NCBI GenBank assembly: GCA_017302435.1
Contig: JAFLDL010000017.1
Coordinates: 14,492 to 78,491, forward strand
DNA length: 64,000 nucleotides
DNA from: Candidatus Accumulibacter necessarius
GTDB lineage: Bacteria > Pseudomonadota > Gammaproteobacteria > Burkholderiales > Rhodocyclaceae
Direction: 5' to 3'
In this document: positions 47,274 through 54,863 of the stretch, in pieces
Layout of the letters: every line of letters starts with the position of its first letter
How positions within the stretch are numbered: the first letter of the stretch is position 1
Translations under genes and position numbers: made by a program
Notes under the pieces: model-generated
Told to the model about the DNA's origin: nothing
Seen by the model: the letters and a program-made list of their open reading frames with translations, nothing else
Databases searched by the model: none

Positions 47274-47990
47274 TCAGTGCGAATCTCTTGCGCGAACCGC
47301 GGGCAGGCCTGCTGTGCGCCTGGCCCGAAGTTCAAGGTCGATGCCTTCGGCCTGGTCGGCGACGCGGTCGATTTCTTCGACGAGTTGCGCGAGCGACAGC
47401 TGCAACTTGAGGTCCAGGCTTTGATCGGCGAAAAGCTTTTTGAGAAGTTGCATCGACAGACGATCCGACTGGTTCTCGTACCAGCTCACGCTCCGCTCTC
47501 CGTCGATCGACGACGCTTGTTCCCAGCACAGCAGGGATGGACGATAGCTCTCGACCAGCGCATCCACGGCCGCGCAGACCTCGTCGGTCAGTTCCTGCAC
47601 GTCCGGAACCAGGGACGCTGGAACGCTGCGGCCGGGACCGGAAAAGCCCGACTCAATGGCGAAACCGGTGATCTGCCGCCGCATGTCCTTGAGCAAACGA
47701 CTGACGCCGGTCGTGGGGTCGACCATCGCCAGAACCACATCGCCGAGTACCGAGCCCGGACGCACCCCGGTCTCGAGCTTCTGCTGCAACTCGTCGAGCG
47801 TGCGCATGTGCTCTGCGACCCGTTTCGCCTGGCGCCAGCATCCCCCGTCAGGCCCGGTTTGCAGATAAACGTCGACCGCTTCCCTGAAAATCGCCGTCGC
47901 ACCCGCTATTGCATCCAGATAGCTGTCGAGATCGCCTTCGATCGACCGCGAAATTACGGGCCTCTCTGCCGCTTGCACTTGAGTTTCCAC
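47274..47990 (-). CDS. divergent DUF47/TIGR00153-like (PhoU-like helical bundle) protein
   Basis: The C-terminal SWYENQSDRLSMQLLKKLFADQSLDLKLQLSLAQLVEEIDRVADQAEGIDLEL follows the DUF47 pattern (E-EAD-x-L...LF...iDxiAD-AEd). The N-terminal part aligns loosely. Start set at GTG 47990 (GGAG 8 nt upstream). The track start ATG 48080 adds 30 residues of implausible sequence. Confidence 0.55.
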   Translation of the reverse strand: METQVQAAERPVISRSIEGDLDSYLDAIAGATAIFREAVDVYLQTGPDGGCWRQAKRVAEHMRTLDELQQKLETGVRPGSVLGDVVLAMVDPTTGVSRLLKDMRRQITGFAIESGFSGPGRSVPASLVPDVQELTDEVCAAVDALVESYRPSLLCWEQASSIDGERSVSWYENQSDRLSMQLLKKLFADQSLDLKLQLSLAQLVEEIDRVADQAEGIDLELRARRTAGLPAVRARDSH

Positions 47991-48092
47991 AATGACTTCT
48001 CCTGCATGAAGTAAAAAACTGGAGCCCGACCCGCCTGGAGAACGCTTCCCCAAGCCGCCAGCGCTTCTTGAAATTCGCATAAATACCTTATA

Positions 48093-48857
48093 TCAACTAA
48101 ATAGCAATTGCCGTGACAGACTGCGCACGACTGCTCCGGCAGACCGGTCAAGCAAACTGGCAGAGAGTTGCCGTGACCAGCCCTTGAGAATGCTTCCTGC
48201 GTCAGCAAGCTCGTGAGCGATGCCGGCGAGAACGCCATGCAGCTCGTACAGCCACAGCGCGTGGCCCGGAGAGCCTGAGCTCGTCTCCGGACGCCTGGTG
48301 GATTGCGCCAGTTCCTGCCTCTGGTCGATCCCCTGAAAGGCCAGGCTGCGATAGCTTCCCAAGGCGTCCTTGCTACCAATTGCGGCATCAGCAGAGCACT
48401 CGGCAGCCGGCGAGCCGTCGGCCAGCTGGGCATAGCCATGCTGCAGGCTCTCGATCGCGTGTTGAATGATCAGTATCATCTGCGAGGCCACCTCATCGCG
48501 AGTTGACCGCAGGTGATCGAGACTTCGGGCGATCTGGAACAGGCCCGCTGCGGACCGATCCAGGGCATTCATGGTCCAGTCAATCTCGTCAAGTCGGGCA
48601 TGCCGGTCATGCACCGAACTGACGGCCGCCTGATTGCGCCGCTGCAGTTCCTCACGACGCTGTTCCAGGTCGAGCAGGCACAGCGAATGGGTGGACTCCC
48701 TGCCCTGCAGCACCTCGCCGACGATCCGGGACAGATTCACCACCAATTTCGCTTGCCGATTGATCATCGCGAAGAAATCAGGCATTTCGGCAGCGCGCAC
48801 TGGCGGGCGGACTCTACGCACAACTTGCGCAAGGGCGACGTTTGTCACGGCATTCAC
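48093..48857 (-). CDS. hypothetical protein (predicted helical/coiled-coil), first gene of a sigma-54 transcribed pair
   Basis: The ORF frame stays open to 49067, but the -24/-12 promoter at 48952-48968 lies inside that extension, and the extension is low-GC and W/C-rich. The real start must therefore be downstream of ~48940. Candidates are GTG 48857, ATG 48785 and ATG 48767. No recognisable motif. Confidence 0.5.
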   Translation of the reverse strand: MNAVTNVALAQVVRRVRPPVRAAEMPDFFAMINRQAKLVVNLSRIVGEVLQGRESTHSLCLLDLEQRREELQRRNQAAVSSVHDRHARLDEIDWTMNALDRSAAGLFQIARSLDHLRSTRDEVASQMILIIQHAIESLQHGYAQLADGSPAAECSADAAIGSKDALGSYRSLAFQGIDQRQELAQSTRRPETSSGSPGHALWLYELHGVLAGIAHELADAGSILKGWSRQLSASLLDRSAGAVVRSLSRQLLFS

Positions 48858-48951
48858 CTGTCTTCTACTTCTATCGGGCCTGGTGGAATAGTCATCTGCA
48901 AGAAGCTCTTCGATCTGCAAGGACGATCGATCTGTGCTTGCATACTTAATC

Positions 48952-48968
48952 AAGCACAAAGCGTGCCA
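48952..48968 (-). promoter_or_regulatory. sigma-54 (-24/-12) promoter P1
   Basis: The minus strand reads TGGCACGctttGTGCTT, with GG/GC spacing exactly as in TGGCACG-N4-TTGCW. Confidence 0.65.
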
Positions 48969-49045
48969 CATCCAACGAAAATCGATTTGTCGCATAAAAG
49001 CAATGCCCTGGAAGAGAACAGTAGGCGAAGGAGCGACCTTGCGGG

Positions 49046-49165
49046 GGTGCAACAAAACGCACTTCAATACCGACCGTAATCCTGGAAGGTGATCAAATTC
49101 GGCATTGAATACAGCCGGTTAGGCGACCTGTTCAGGAGCGGCGTCAGACCGCGAAGCGTTACACC
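49046..49165 (-). promoter_or_regulatory. paired inverted GTTRCACC boxes (candidate enhancer/UAS) for P1
   Basis: On the plus strand, GGTGCAAC sits at 49046-49053 (extended GGGTGCAACAAAACG), 78 nt from P1. GTTACACC sits at 49158-49165, 112 nt further. The same layout occurs at P3 and P4. Confidence 0.5.
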
Positions 49166-49307
49166 ATGATGCCGGCGAGAGGTATGGCGCGCGCCCACAC
49201 CGAGGCAAACCAGAGCCGCCCGGCAAACAAGAAACGCGTTGAGACGACCGCAGCAGAGTGGCGGCAAGCGCGGGCCGACATCAGCGGTAAAGAATTCGTG
49301 CAGCAGC

Positions 49308-49346
49308 AAAAACGCCGTTATTCCCGCGCCAGCGGGAATAACGGCG
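49308..49346 (-). terminator. rho-independent terminator after the CHAD gene
   Basis: The minus strand reads CGCCGTTATTCCCGC-TGGC-GCGGGAATAACGGCG followed by TTTTTGCTG. The stem is 15 bp and the element lies ~95 nt downstream of the stop at 49439. Confidence 0.65.
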
Positions 49347-49438
49347 AGCCTGCAGTGGCAAACAGCGTCGCTACTTCTCAGGCGGTCACCTGACAAGAGC
49401 AAGACCGACCCGTCTCGCCTGCCTGGCATAGGCAGAAT

Positions 49439-50494
49439 TCATTGCGTCCGCCACGGCGCCGCCTGCAGGTGGAAGTCGCCCAGCAAGGCTTCGAGTTCCG
49501 GTAGCAGCCTTTCGGTCTGCCCTGCCAACCAACAGCACAAGGCTTCCCCCTGCGAGCCGGGAAGCGCTTCGGCGGTCAGTTCGCCGGCCACTGCCAGGTC
49601 GTTCAAGCGGCCGAGCAGTTCCTGCAGGCCACTCGCCGACTGGTGGTAGTTGCGCAGCGAATCGCCGGGAAAGAGCGGCGCGAAGAATTCGAGCGCGTAA
49701 CGTAGCCGCTTGTAGGCCACACGCAGACGGTGGCGGGCCGGCGCATCGCCGCCCGCAGCCTCTGCGGCCAGCTGGCCGACCTGCGCGGCGCGTTTGTCGA
49801 GACAACGTGGGGCAAAGGCTTCGAGCCGACGCGCCTTGCCCTCGGGAAGCGCCAGTACGGCAGCCGCGAACTCGAGCAGCAGGCGAGAATAGTCGACCGA
49901 CTCCAGCGCAACGCGTGCCGCCTCACGATTGATCACGCAGCGTTTTCGCGCGTACTGCGACAGACGGATAATCTCGTCGCCCTCCGGGAACGCCAGGAGG
50001 ATGGACGGCAAGGTTTCGGCAAGAAACACATCCCAGTTACGCGTCTCACCGAGTTGCCTGGCCAGTGCCTGCCAGAGCGGGTCGAAGCTGGCGACGAACT
50101 CCTGTGGCAAGCTCGGCTTCCACACGCGGATCGCCGAGCGCAGACGGCGAATCGCCACCCTCGCCTGATGCACGAACTCCGGATTGTCGCTCTCGCACAG
50201 GCCTTGCTCGTTACTCTGCAGGTGCGTGAGACAGGCCAGCGCAATGGTGCGGAACCCGGCAACGGCCGTCATGCCGCCGTTTGTCTCGATCGGCAGCGCC
50301 TTGACCGGCTGCAGGGATTCGTCCAGCCGCACACGATGGCCACATGGAAGCTTGCCGGCAGCTTCCGCATGCGGCGACAAACCGGCCGGCAGTTCCGCGA
50401 CGGCGGAAAACCGATCGGCAAGCAAGGGATGCTTCAGCCGCCGGCTGGCAACTCCAGGCGTTGGCGAAAGGTTGAGTTCGGTTTCAATACCCAT
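49439..50494 (-). CDS. CHAD domain protein (polyphosphate-granule-associated domain family)
   Basis: Repeated basic helices typical of CHAD: VHQARVAIRRLRSAIRVWK, RHRLRVAYKRLRYALEFF. 351 aa. RBS AGGAG 9 nt before ATG 50494. Confidence 0.85.
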   Translation of the reverse strand: MGIETELNLSPTPGVASRRLKHPLLADRFSAVAELPAGLSPHAEAAGKLPCGHRVRLDESLQPVKALPIETNGGMTAVAGFRTIALACLTHLQSNEQGLCESDNPEFVHQARVAIRRLRSAIRVWKPSLPQEFVASFDPLWQALARQLGETRNWDVFLAETLPSILLAFPEGDEIIRLSQYARKRCVINREAARVALESVDYSRLLLEFAAAVLALPEGKARRLEAFAPRCLDKRAAQVGQLAAEAAGGDAPARHRLRVAYKRLRYALEFFAPLFPGDSLRNYHQSASGLQELLGRLNDLAVAGELTAEALPGSQGEALCCWLAGQTERLLPELEALLGDFHLQAAPWRTQ

Positions 50495-50601
50495 CTGACA
50501 AGCTCCTGAGAATTGGACTGGAAACCAGTCACGTCAACATGCCCCTGACCAGACTGGTGGCAATCCAGGATCGGTCGGAGGAGTCCTTACATTCTCATAT
50601 C

Positions 50602-50618
50602 AAGCACAAGTCATGCCA
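50602..50618 (-). promoter_or_regulatory. sigma-54 (-24/-12) promoter P3 upstream of the CHAD gene
   Basis: The minus strand reads TGGCATGacttGTGCTT, ~110 nt upstream of ATG 50494, with an AT-rich tract just upstream. Confidence 0.65.
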
Positions 50619-50694
50619 GGCATATTTCCGATGGATAATCATTTAAATTCAATCTGATAGCGCCGCGTGTCGCAGTGCTGTGGCGCTCGCGGCG

Positions 50695-50814
50695 GGTGTA
50701 ACAAAACGAATCGGGATTGCCCCCCCAGGGCCCGTCCCGACTGCGGATTACGTCTGAGAAACAGTGTCTTACGGCCGGCTGCCGGGACGCTGCACGGCGC
50801 AGAAACGTTACACC
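50695..50814 (-). promoter_or_regulatory. paired inverted GTTRCACC boxes (candidate UAS) for P3
   Basis: On the plus strand, GGTGTAAC sits at 50695-50702 (extended GGGTGTAACAAAACG), 77 nt from P3. GTTACACC sits at 50807-50814, 112 nt further. Confidence 0.5.
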
Positions 50815-50995
50815 TGCGAGCGGTATGATCAGCAGTCTGATGGTTGCCGGCAGTCAGTCGCAGAAGCGCATACCCAGCCGCCCCGCCAGCCGCGCCTGCC
50901 CCACACCGCCTGCGTGCCGTGCCTTCCCAGGCATCCGATGCAGACTCCCATGGTCACCATCCACGCGCCTGACGGCCAATGAGATGTACTGCCCC

Positions 50996-51032
50996 AAGAA
51001 AAACGGGGAAGGACCTTGCCGGTCGCCTCCCC
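50996..51032 (-). terminator. terminator candidate after the DUF47 gene
   Basis: The minus strand reads GGGGAGGcgaccggcaaggtCCTTCCCC followed by GTTTTTCTT, 26 nt downstream of the stop at 51058. The stem is imperfect (one G-U pair). Confidence 0.4.
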
Positions 51033-51057
51033 GAATTCGAGCCGTCTGCTGCGGACT

Positions 51058-51714
51058 TCAGCAGAGCTTGACGACGATGTCCAGCAGCGTGCTGTTGCAG
51101 ACGTTCAAGCGGGAGCCGGCGCTCAGAAGCTGGTTGTAGATTTCCTTGCGGCGGAAGATATTCTGGAAATCGGTATCGTTGAACAGTTCTGCGAGGGCGC
51201 GTCGGTGGCATCGCGTCAGGTTGCGCACCGCCTTGTCCGACTTCTCGGCGTCGGCGCGGCCAAGCTTCGGATCGGTCCCCAGACGGCCATAACCCGCGGC
51301 CACTGCCTCCGCCCCGTCCTTCAGGTAGACCGCCATCTCCAGGCAATACTTGTCCGCCTTCAACGCCAGGACATTGGCGTCCATCTCGGCGACCACCGTC
51401 TTGCAACTGTTGATGATCTCGTCGAGGTTGATGATTGCCCGGTGCAGGTCTTCACGGTCGATCGGCGTCGAGAACGCTTCGTTGAGCAGCGTCAGGTTGC
51501 GGACCTTGAGCCGATCCCCCTCGTGCTCGGCGTCGATCACCCGCTTGGCGACGTCCGGGCTGCCGGAGCCCATGTAGTCGACCAGTAGCGCGGCACTGAG
51601 ACCTACCTGCGCGCTCTGTTCGGCGAGCAGGGCAAAAAAGTTCGGCACTTTCGGAAAGACGCGGTGCAGAATCCGGCGAGTGAAGGAGGTTGACGCAGTG
51701 CTAGCGGTCGACAT
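51058..51714 (-). CDS. DUF47-family protein (PhoU-like putative phosphate transport regulator)
   Basis: FFALLAEQSAQVGLSAALLVDYM...VIDAEHEGDRLKVRNLTLLNEAFSTPIDREDLHRAIINLDEIINSCK is the canonical DUF47 pattern. It starts 3 nt after the PiT gene. Confidence 0.85.
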   Translation of the reverse strand: MSTASTASTSFTRRILHRVFPKVPNFFALLAEQSAQVGLSAALLVDYMGSGSPDVAKRVIDAEHEGDRLKVRNLTLLNEAFSTPIDREDLHRAIINLDEIINSCKTVVAEMDANVLALKADKYCLEMAVYLKDGAEAVAAGYGRLGTDPKLGRADAEKSDKAVRNLTRCHRRALAELFNDTDFQNIFRRKEIYNQLLSAGSRLNVCNSTLLDIVVKLC

Positions 51715-51716
51715 GT

Positions 51717-52757
51717 TTAGGCCTTTCCGAGAAAGAGATTAACGAGAGCGAAAGTCTGAATGGCAACCAGTGCCGAACCCGGAATCGTGATCACCCAGGT
51801 GATGGCAATGTCCTTGGCCTTCTTCCAGCGAACGGCCTTCGGCCGCTCCGAAGACCCGATGCCCATGATCGACGTGCCAACCACGTGTGTGGTCGATACC
51901 GGAGCACCGATCGCCGATGCGGTCATGATCACCAGCGCCGAGGTCAGCTGCGAACTCAGGGCGTGAATGGGGCGTACGCGGTAGATGGCGAAACCGAGCG
52001 TGCGGACGATCCGCCAGCCGCCGGAGAGGATGCCAAGCGTAATCGCAATGGCGCAGGCCAGCATCACCCAGAAGGGAACTTCAAAGGTTGGGATGAAACC
52101 ACCCAGCAGCAGGGCCAGCGTCAGCATACCCATGCTCTTCTGCGCGTCGTTGGCGCCATGCGAGAAGGCCAAACCGGCCGCCGTGACAAACTGGGCGTAG
52201 CGCAGCCCGGTATTGGCCGACGGCTTGGCAGCGAACAAGGCGATATTCATCAGGCGCAAGATCAGAAAACCGACCCAGAACCCGAGCAATGGGGAGACGA
52301 TCAGGCTGGCCAGCACCTTCACGATTCCGGTCACCTGGCCGTGCATCAATTGCGAGAAGCCCCAGACCACGTTGTCCAGGCCAGCCGAGACGACGACGGC
52401 GCCGATCAGCCCGCCGACCAGTGCGTGCGAGGAAGACGACGGAATGCCGAAATACCAGGTGGCCAGATTCCACACGATGGCACCCACCAGGCCACTGATC
52501 AGGATCGCCAGCGAAAGAACAGCCTGGACATCGCCCAGGGTGACGAACTTGCCGATGGTATTGGCCACCGCCGTCCCGCCGAGCAAGGGGCCGAGGAACT
52601 CGAAGGTACCGACGATGATCACCGCCTGCACGGGCGTCATCGCGCGCGAAGCGATAATCGTCGCCACGATGTTGGCGGCATCATGGAAGCCGTTGGTATA
52701 GTCAAAAAATAGAACGATGGCGACGGTCAAGATCGTCAGAATCAATAGTGTGCTCAT
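51717..52757 (-). CDS. pit: inorganic phosphate transporter, PiT family
   Basis: MSTLLILTILTVAIVLFFDYTNGFHDAANIVATIIASRAM... and a second GANDAQKSMG repeat: the two PiT signature motifs (GxxDxxN). Confidence 0.9.
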   Translation of the reverse strand: MSTLLILTILTVAIVLFFDYTNGFHDAANIVATIIASRAMTPVQAVIIVGTFEFLGPLLGGTAVANTIGKFVTLGDVQAVLSLAILISGLVGAIVWNLATWYFGIPSSSSHALVGGLIGAVVVSAGLDNVVWGFSQLMHGQVTGIVKVLASLIVSPLLGFWVGFLILRLMNIALFAAKPSANTGLRYAQFVTAAGLAFSHGANDAQKSMGMLTLALLLGGFIPTFEVPFWVMLACAIAITLGILSGGWRIVRTLGFAIYRVRPIHALSSQLTSALVIMTASAIGAPVSTTHVVGTSIMGIGSSERPKAVRWKKAKDIAITWVITIPGSALVAIQTFALVNLFLGKA

Positions 52758-53180
52758 GAAGCGGCCCTGTGGTTGTGGTCGTGTGTTGAAGCGCGACTCT
52801 CAAGAAGGTCCAGGTGCGGCGAAACTCGCCTGCCGGGATCCGACTGGATGGTTGCCTGCATGTTCTTGCGACTCCTGTTGTTCCTCCTTGTCAAGGCCTG
52901 CCCCGGCAGGCCCAGTCCATCGACGAGCGGCTGCGCGCAATCGACCGTGCGTCCCTTTGCGGCGCTCGACCGTCGTTCCCGCAGTGGCCCTTACCGATCA
53001 GATAATGACGCGAGGCCTGCCAGCCGTCGGCACTCGGTAGCCGACAGAAATTCCGTTCACCGTTTGCAGGCACATGACATCCCCCCAGATATCGGACTTA
53101 CCCATGTTTGAATTGGCGCGCCCAAGCCATCGCCGATGGCCATCGGCCAAAGCGCCAGGTCACGGGCATCCTATGGAAGA

Positions 53181-53197
53181 AAGCATCATTCATGCCA
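53181..53197 (-). promoter_or_regulatory. sigma-54 (-24/-12) promoter P4 upstream of pit
   Basis: The minus strand reads TGGCATGaatgATGCTT with correct GG/GC spacing. It lies ~425 nt upstream of the pit ATG (52757), which implies a long leader. Confidence 0.6.
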
Positions 53198-53274
53198 GAA
53201 TTGACAGACGATGCACAGGCTCCGGAAAGCAGGCGCCTGGCGCCCATCACCACCACCAGGGCAGCCGCCAATGG

Positions 53275-53391
53275 GGTGTAACAGAATGTATGGCCCTTCA
53301 CCCGCATGTCTTGTCCGTAGACATGCAGCCCTTTTATATCAGTGAATTACTTTCTTGTATGCGGCCGACCGGAATGTCAACATGTAACACC
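53275..53391 (-). promoter_or_regulatory. paired inverted GTTRCACC boxes (candidate UAS) for P4
   Basis: On the plus strand, GGTGTAAC sits at 53275-53282 (extended GGGTGTAACAGAATG), 78 nt from P4. GTAACACC sits at 53384-53391 (one mismatch), 109 nt further and ~40 nt from the stop of the activator gene. Confidence 0.45.
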
Positions 53392-53432
53392 GGGGTTGGC
53401 CGATCGACCTGGCAAACCGGGCGGGCGCAGAC

Positions 53433-54863
53433 TCAGGACTCCGGCTGCATCGCCCGCCGCGCCAGGCGCCTGTTGAGTGCCGGCCGTGACAGTCCGAGCA
53501 TCGTCGCGGCAACGCCCTGGTTCCCCTTGGCGCGTTTCAGCGCCTCCCTGACCATTGCCTCCTCGACCTCGTCGAGCGTGGGGAAGCGCCCTGGAATCAC
53601 GATCGGCAGGCCGTCGGACGGTTCGGCCGCGTGCTCCTCGGCACCCGTCTTCTGCTGTTTCTGGATAGCCTGGCGGAAGCTGTCCATCGCCAGCACTGAC
53701 CCCCCGCGATGCAGCGCCATGGCGTTGAAGACCATCGCCCGCAGTTCGCGGACGTTGCCGGGGAAATGATAGTTGGAGAGCAGCGTGACGAGCTCGTTCG
53801 ACGGCTCTGGCGCGGGCTTGTTGATCGCTGCCGCCGCCTCGTCAAGGAAGTGCTGCAACAGCAGCGGGATGTCTTCCTTGTGCTGGCGCAGCGGCGGCAC
53901 TTCGACCTGATGCACGGACAGGCGAAAGAAAAGGTCCGAGCGAAAATGGTTCTGACGCATCATCTGGGCGAGATTGCAGTTGGTCGCGCAAACGACGCGC
54001 GCATCACTCGGGCGAGCGACATCCGATCCGAGCGGAAAGTACATGTGCTCCTGGAGCAGGCGCAGCAGTTTGACCTGCGACGCCATCGACAGATCGCCGA
54101 TCTCGTCCAGGAACAGCGTGCCGCCGGCGGCCTGGGCGATCAGACCGGCACGCGACTGGTCGGCACCGGTGAAGGCACCTTTCTTGTGGCCGAACAAGGT
54201 GTCGGAAAAGAGCGTGTCATCAAGGCCGGCGACATTGACCTGCACGAACTGTCCGCTCAGGCCGCTGAGCTTGTGCAGCGCGTGCGCGAACATTTCCTTG
54301 CCGGCGCCGGTCTCGCCGGAGATCAGCACCGGTTCGGCGGAAACGGCAACCGCTTCGAGATACTGGAAAAGTGCTCTCATCTTGCGGCTGTTGGTGACGA
54401 TGCCGGCAAAGGCCTCGTTGTTCTGCAGACAATCCGACAGCAGATAGCGCTTCAGCACCCCCATCTGCCGCCGCAACGAGTGCACCTCGAGGGCATGGCG
54501 AACACTGGCCACCAGACGGCTTTCCTCGACCGGCTTGACCAGATAGTCGAAAGCGCCTTCCTTCATGCTGCGGACGGCGGTTTCCACATCGAGTGCTGCG
54601 GTCATGACGATCACCGGCACTTCCGGGTAGAGGTGAACGATATCCGGCAACAGCTTGTTGCCGGTGATATGCGGCATGAAGAGATCGAGCAGGACCGCAC
54701 TGGCCGGCTGCCGCTCGAGTGCGGGCAGCAGTTCCCGGCTGTCGCTCACCATCTCGACCTTCGCCACACCGGCACTGTGCAGCACTGCTGCGGTGGCGTG
54801 CAGGACCGACTCCTCGTCATCGACCAGGAAAACAGGCAGGCTGGCAAAGGGTTTTTCTTTCAT
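53433..54863 (-). CDS. sigma-54-dependent response regulator (NtrC family: receiver + AAA+ + HTH)
   Basis: Receiver (VFLVDDEESV...AVLLDLFMPHITG). AAA+ Walker A GETGAGKE, the sigma-54 contact loop GAFTGA (KKGAFTGADQ), GTLFLDEIGDL. C-terminal HTH GNQGVAATMLGLSRPALNRRL. Confidence 0.9.
   Translation of the reverse strand: MKEKPFASLPVFLVDDEESVLHATAAVLHSAGVAKVEMVSDSRELLPALERQPASAVLLDLFMPHITGNKLLPDIVHLYPEVPVIVMTAALDVETAVRSMKEGAFDYLVKPVEESRLVASVRHALEVHSLRRQMGVLKRYLLSDCLQNNEAFAGIVTNSRKMRALFQYLEAVAVSAEPVLISGETGAGKEMFAHALHKLSGLSGQFVQVNVAGLDDTLFSDTLFGHKKGAFTGADQSRAGLIAQAAGGTLFLDEIGDLSMASQVKLLRLLQEHMYFPLGSDVARPSDARVVCATNCNLAQMMRQNHFRSDLFFRLSVHQVEVPPLRQHKEDIPLLLQHFLDEAAAAINKPAPEPSNELVTLLSNYHFPGNVRELRAMVFNAMALHRGGSVLAMDSFRQAIQKQQKTGAEEHAAEPSDGLPIVIPGRFPTLDEVEEAMVREALKRAKGNQGVAATMLGLSRPALNRRLARRAMQPES

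Noticed and set aside
47991-48080. ATG 48080 as the start of the DUF47-like gene
   Set aside because: The added residues (MRISRSAGGLGKRSPGGSGSSFLLHAGEVI) are unlike DUF47 N-termini, and no RBS precedes the ATG. GTG 47990 has GGAG 8 nt upstream. The call remains uncertain.
48858-49067. N-terminal extension of the 324-aa ORF (track start TTG 49067)
   Set aside because: The -24/-12 promoter at 48952-48968 lies inside it. The extension is low-GC with odd composition (MKCVLLHPRK...FRWMWHALCLIKY). It is most likely 5' UTR or promoter DNA.
49064-49429. 121-aa minus-strand ORF between the CHAD gene and promoter P1
   Set aside because: It runs straight through the strong terminator hairpin (49313-49346) and the enhancer boxes. 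It is Cys/Leu/Arg-rich with no motif.
52891-53073. 60-aa minus-strand ORF inside the pit leader, and the 69-aa ORF at 53098..53307
   Set aside because: Neither has an RBS, and their composition is unconvincing. The second begins upstream of, and spans, promoter P4. Both were treated as non-coding leader or regulatory DNA.
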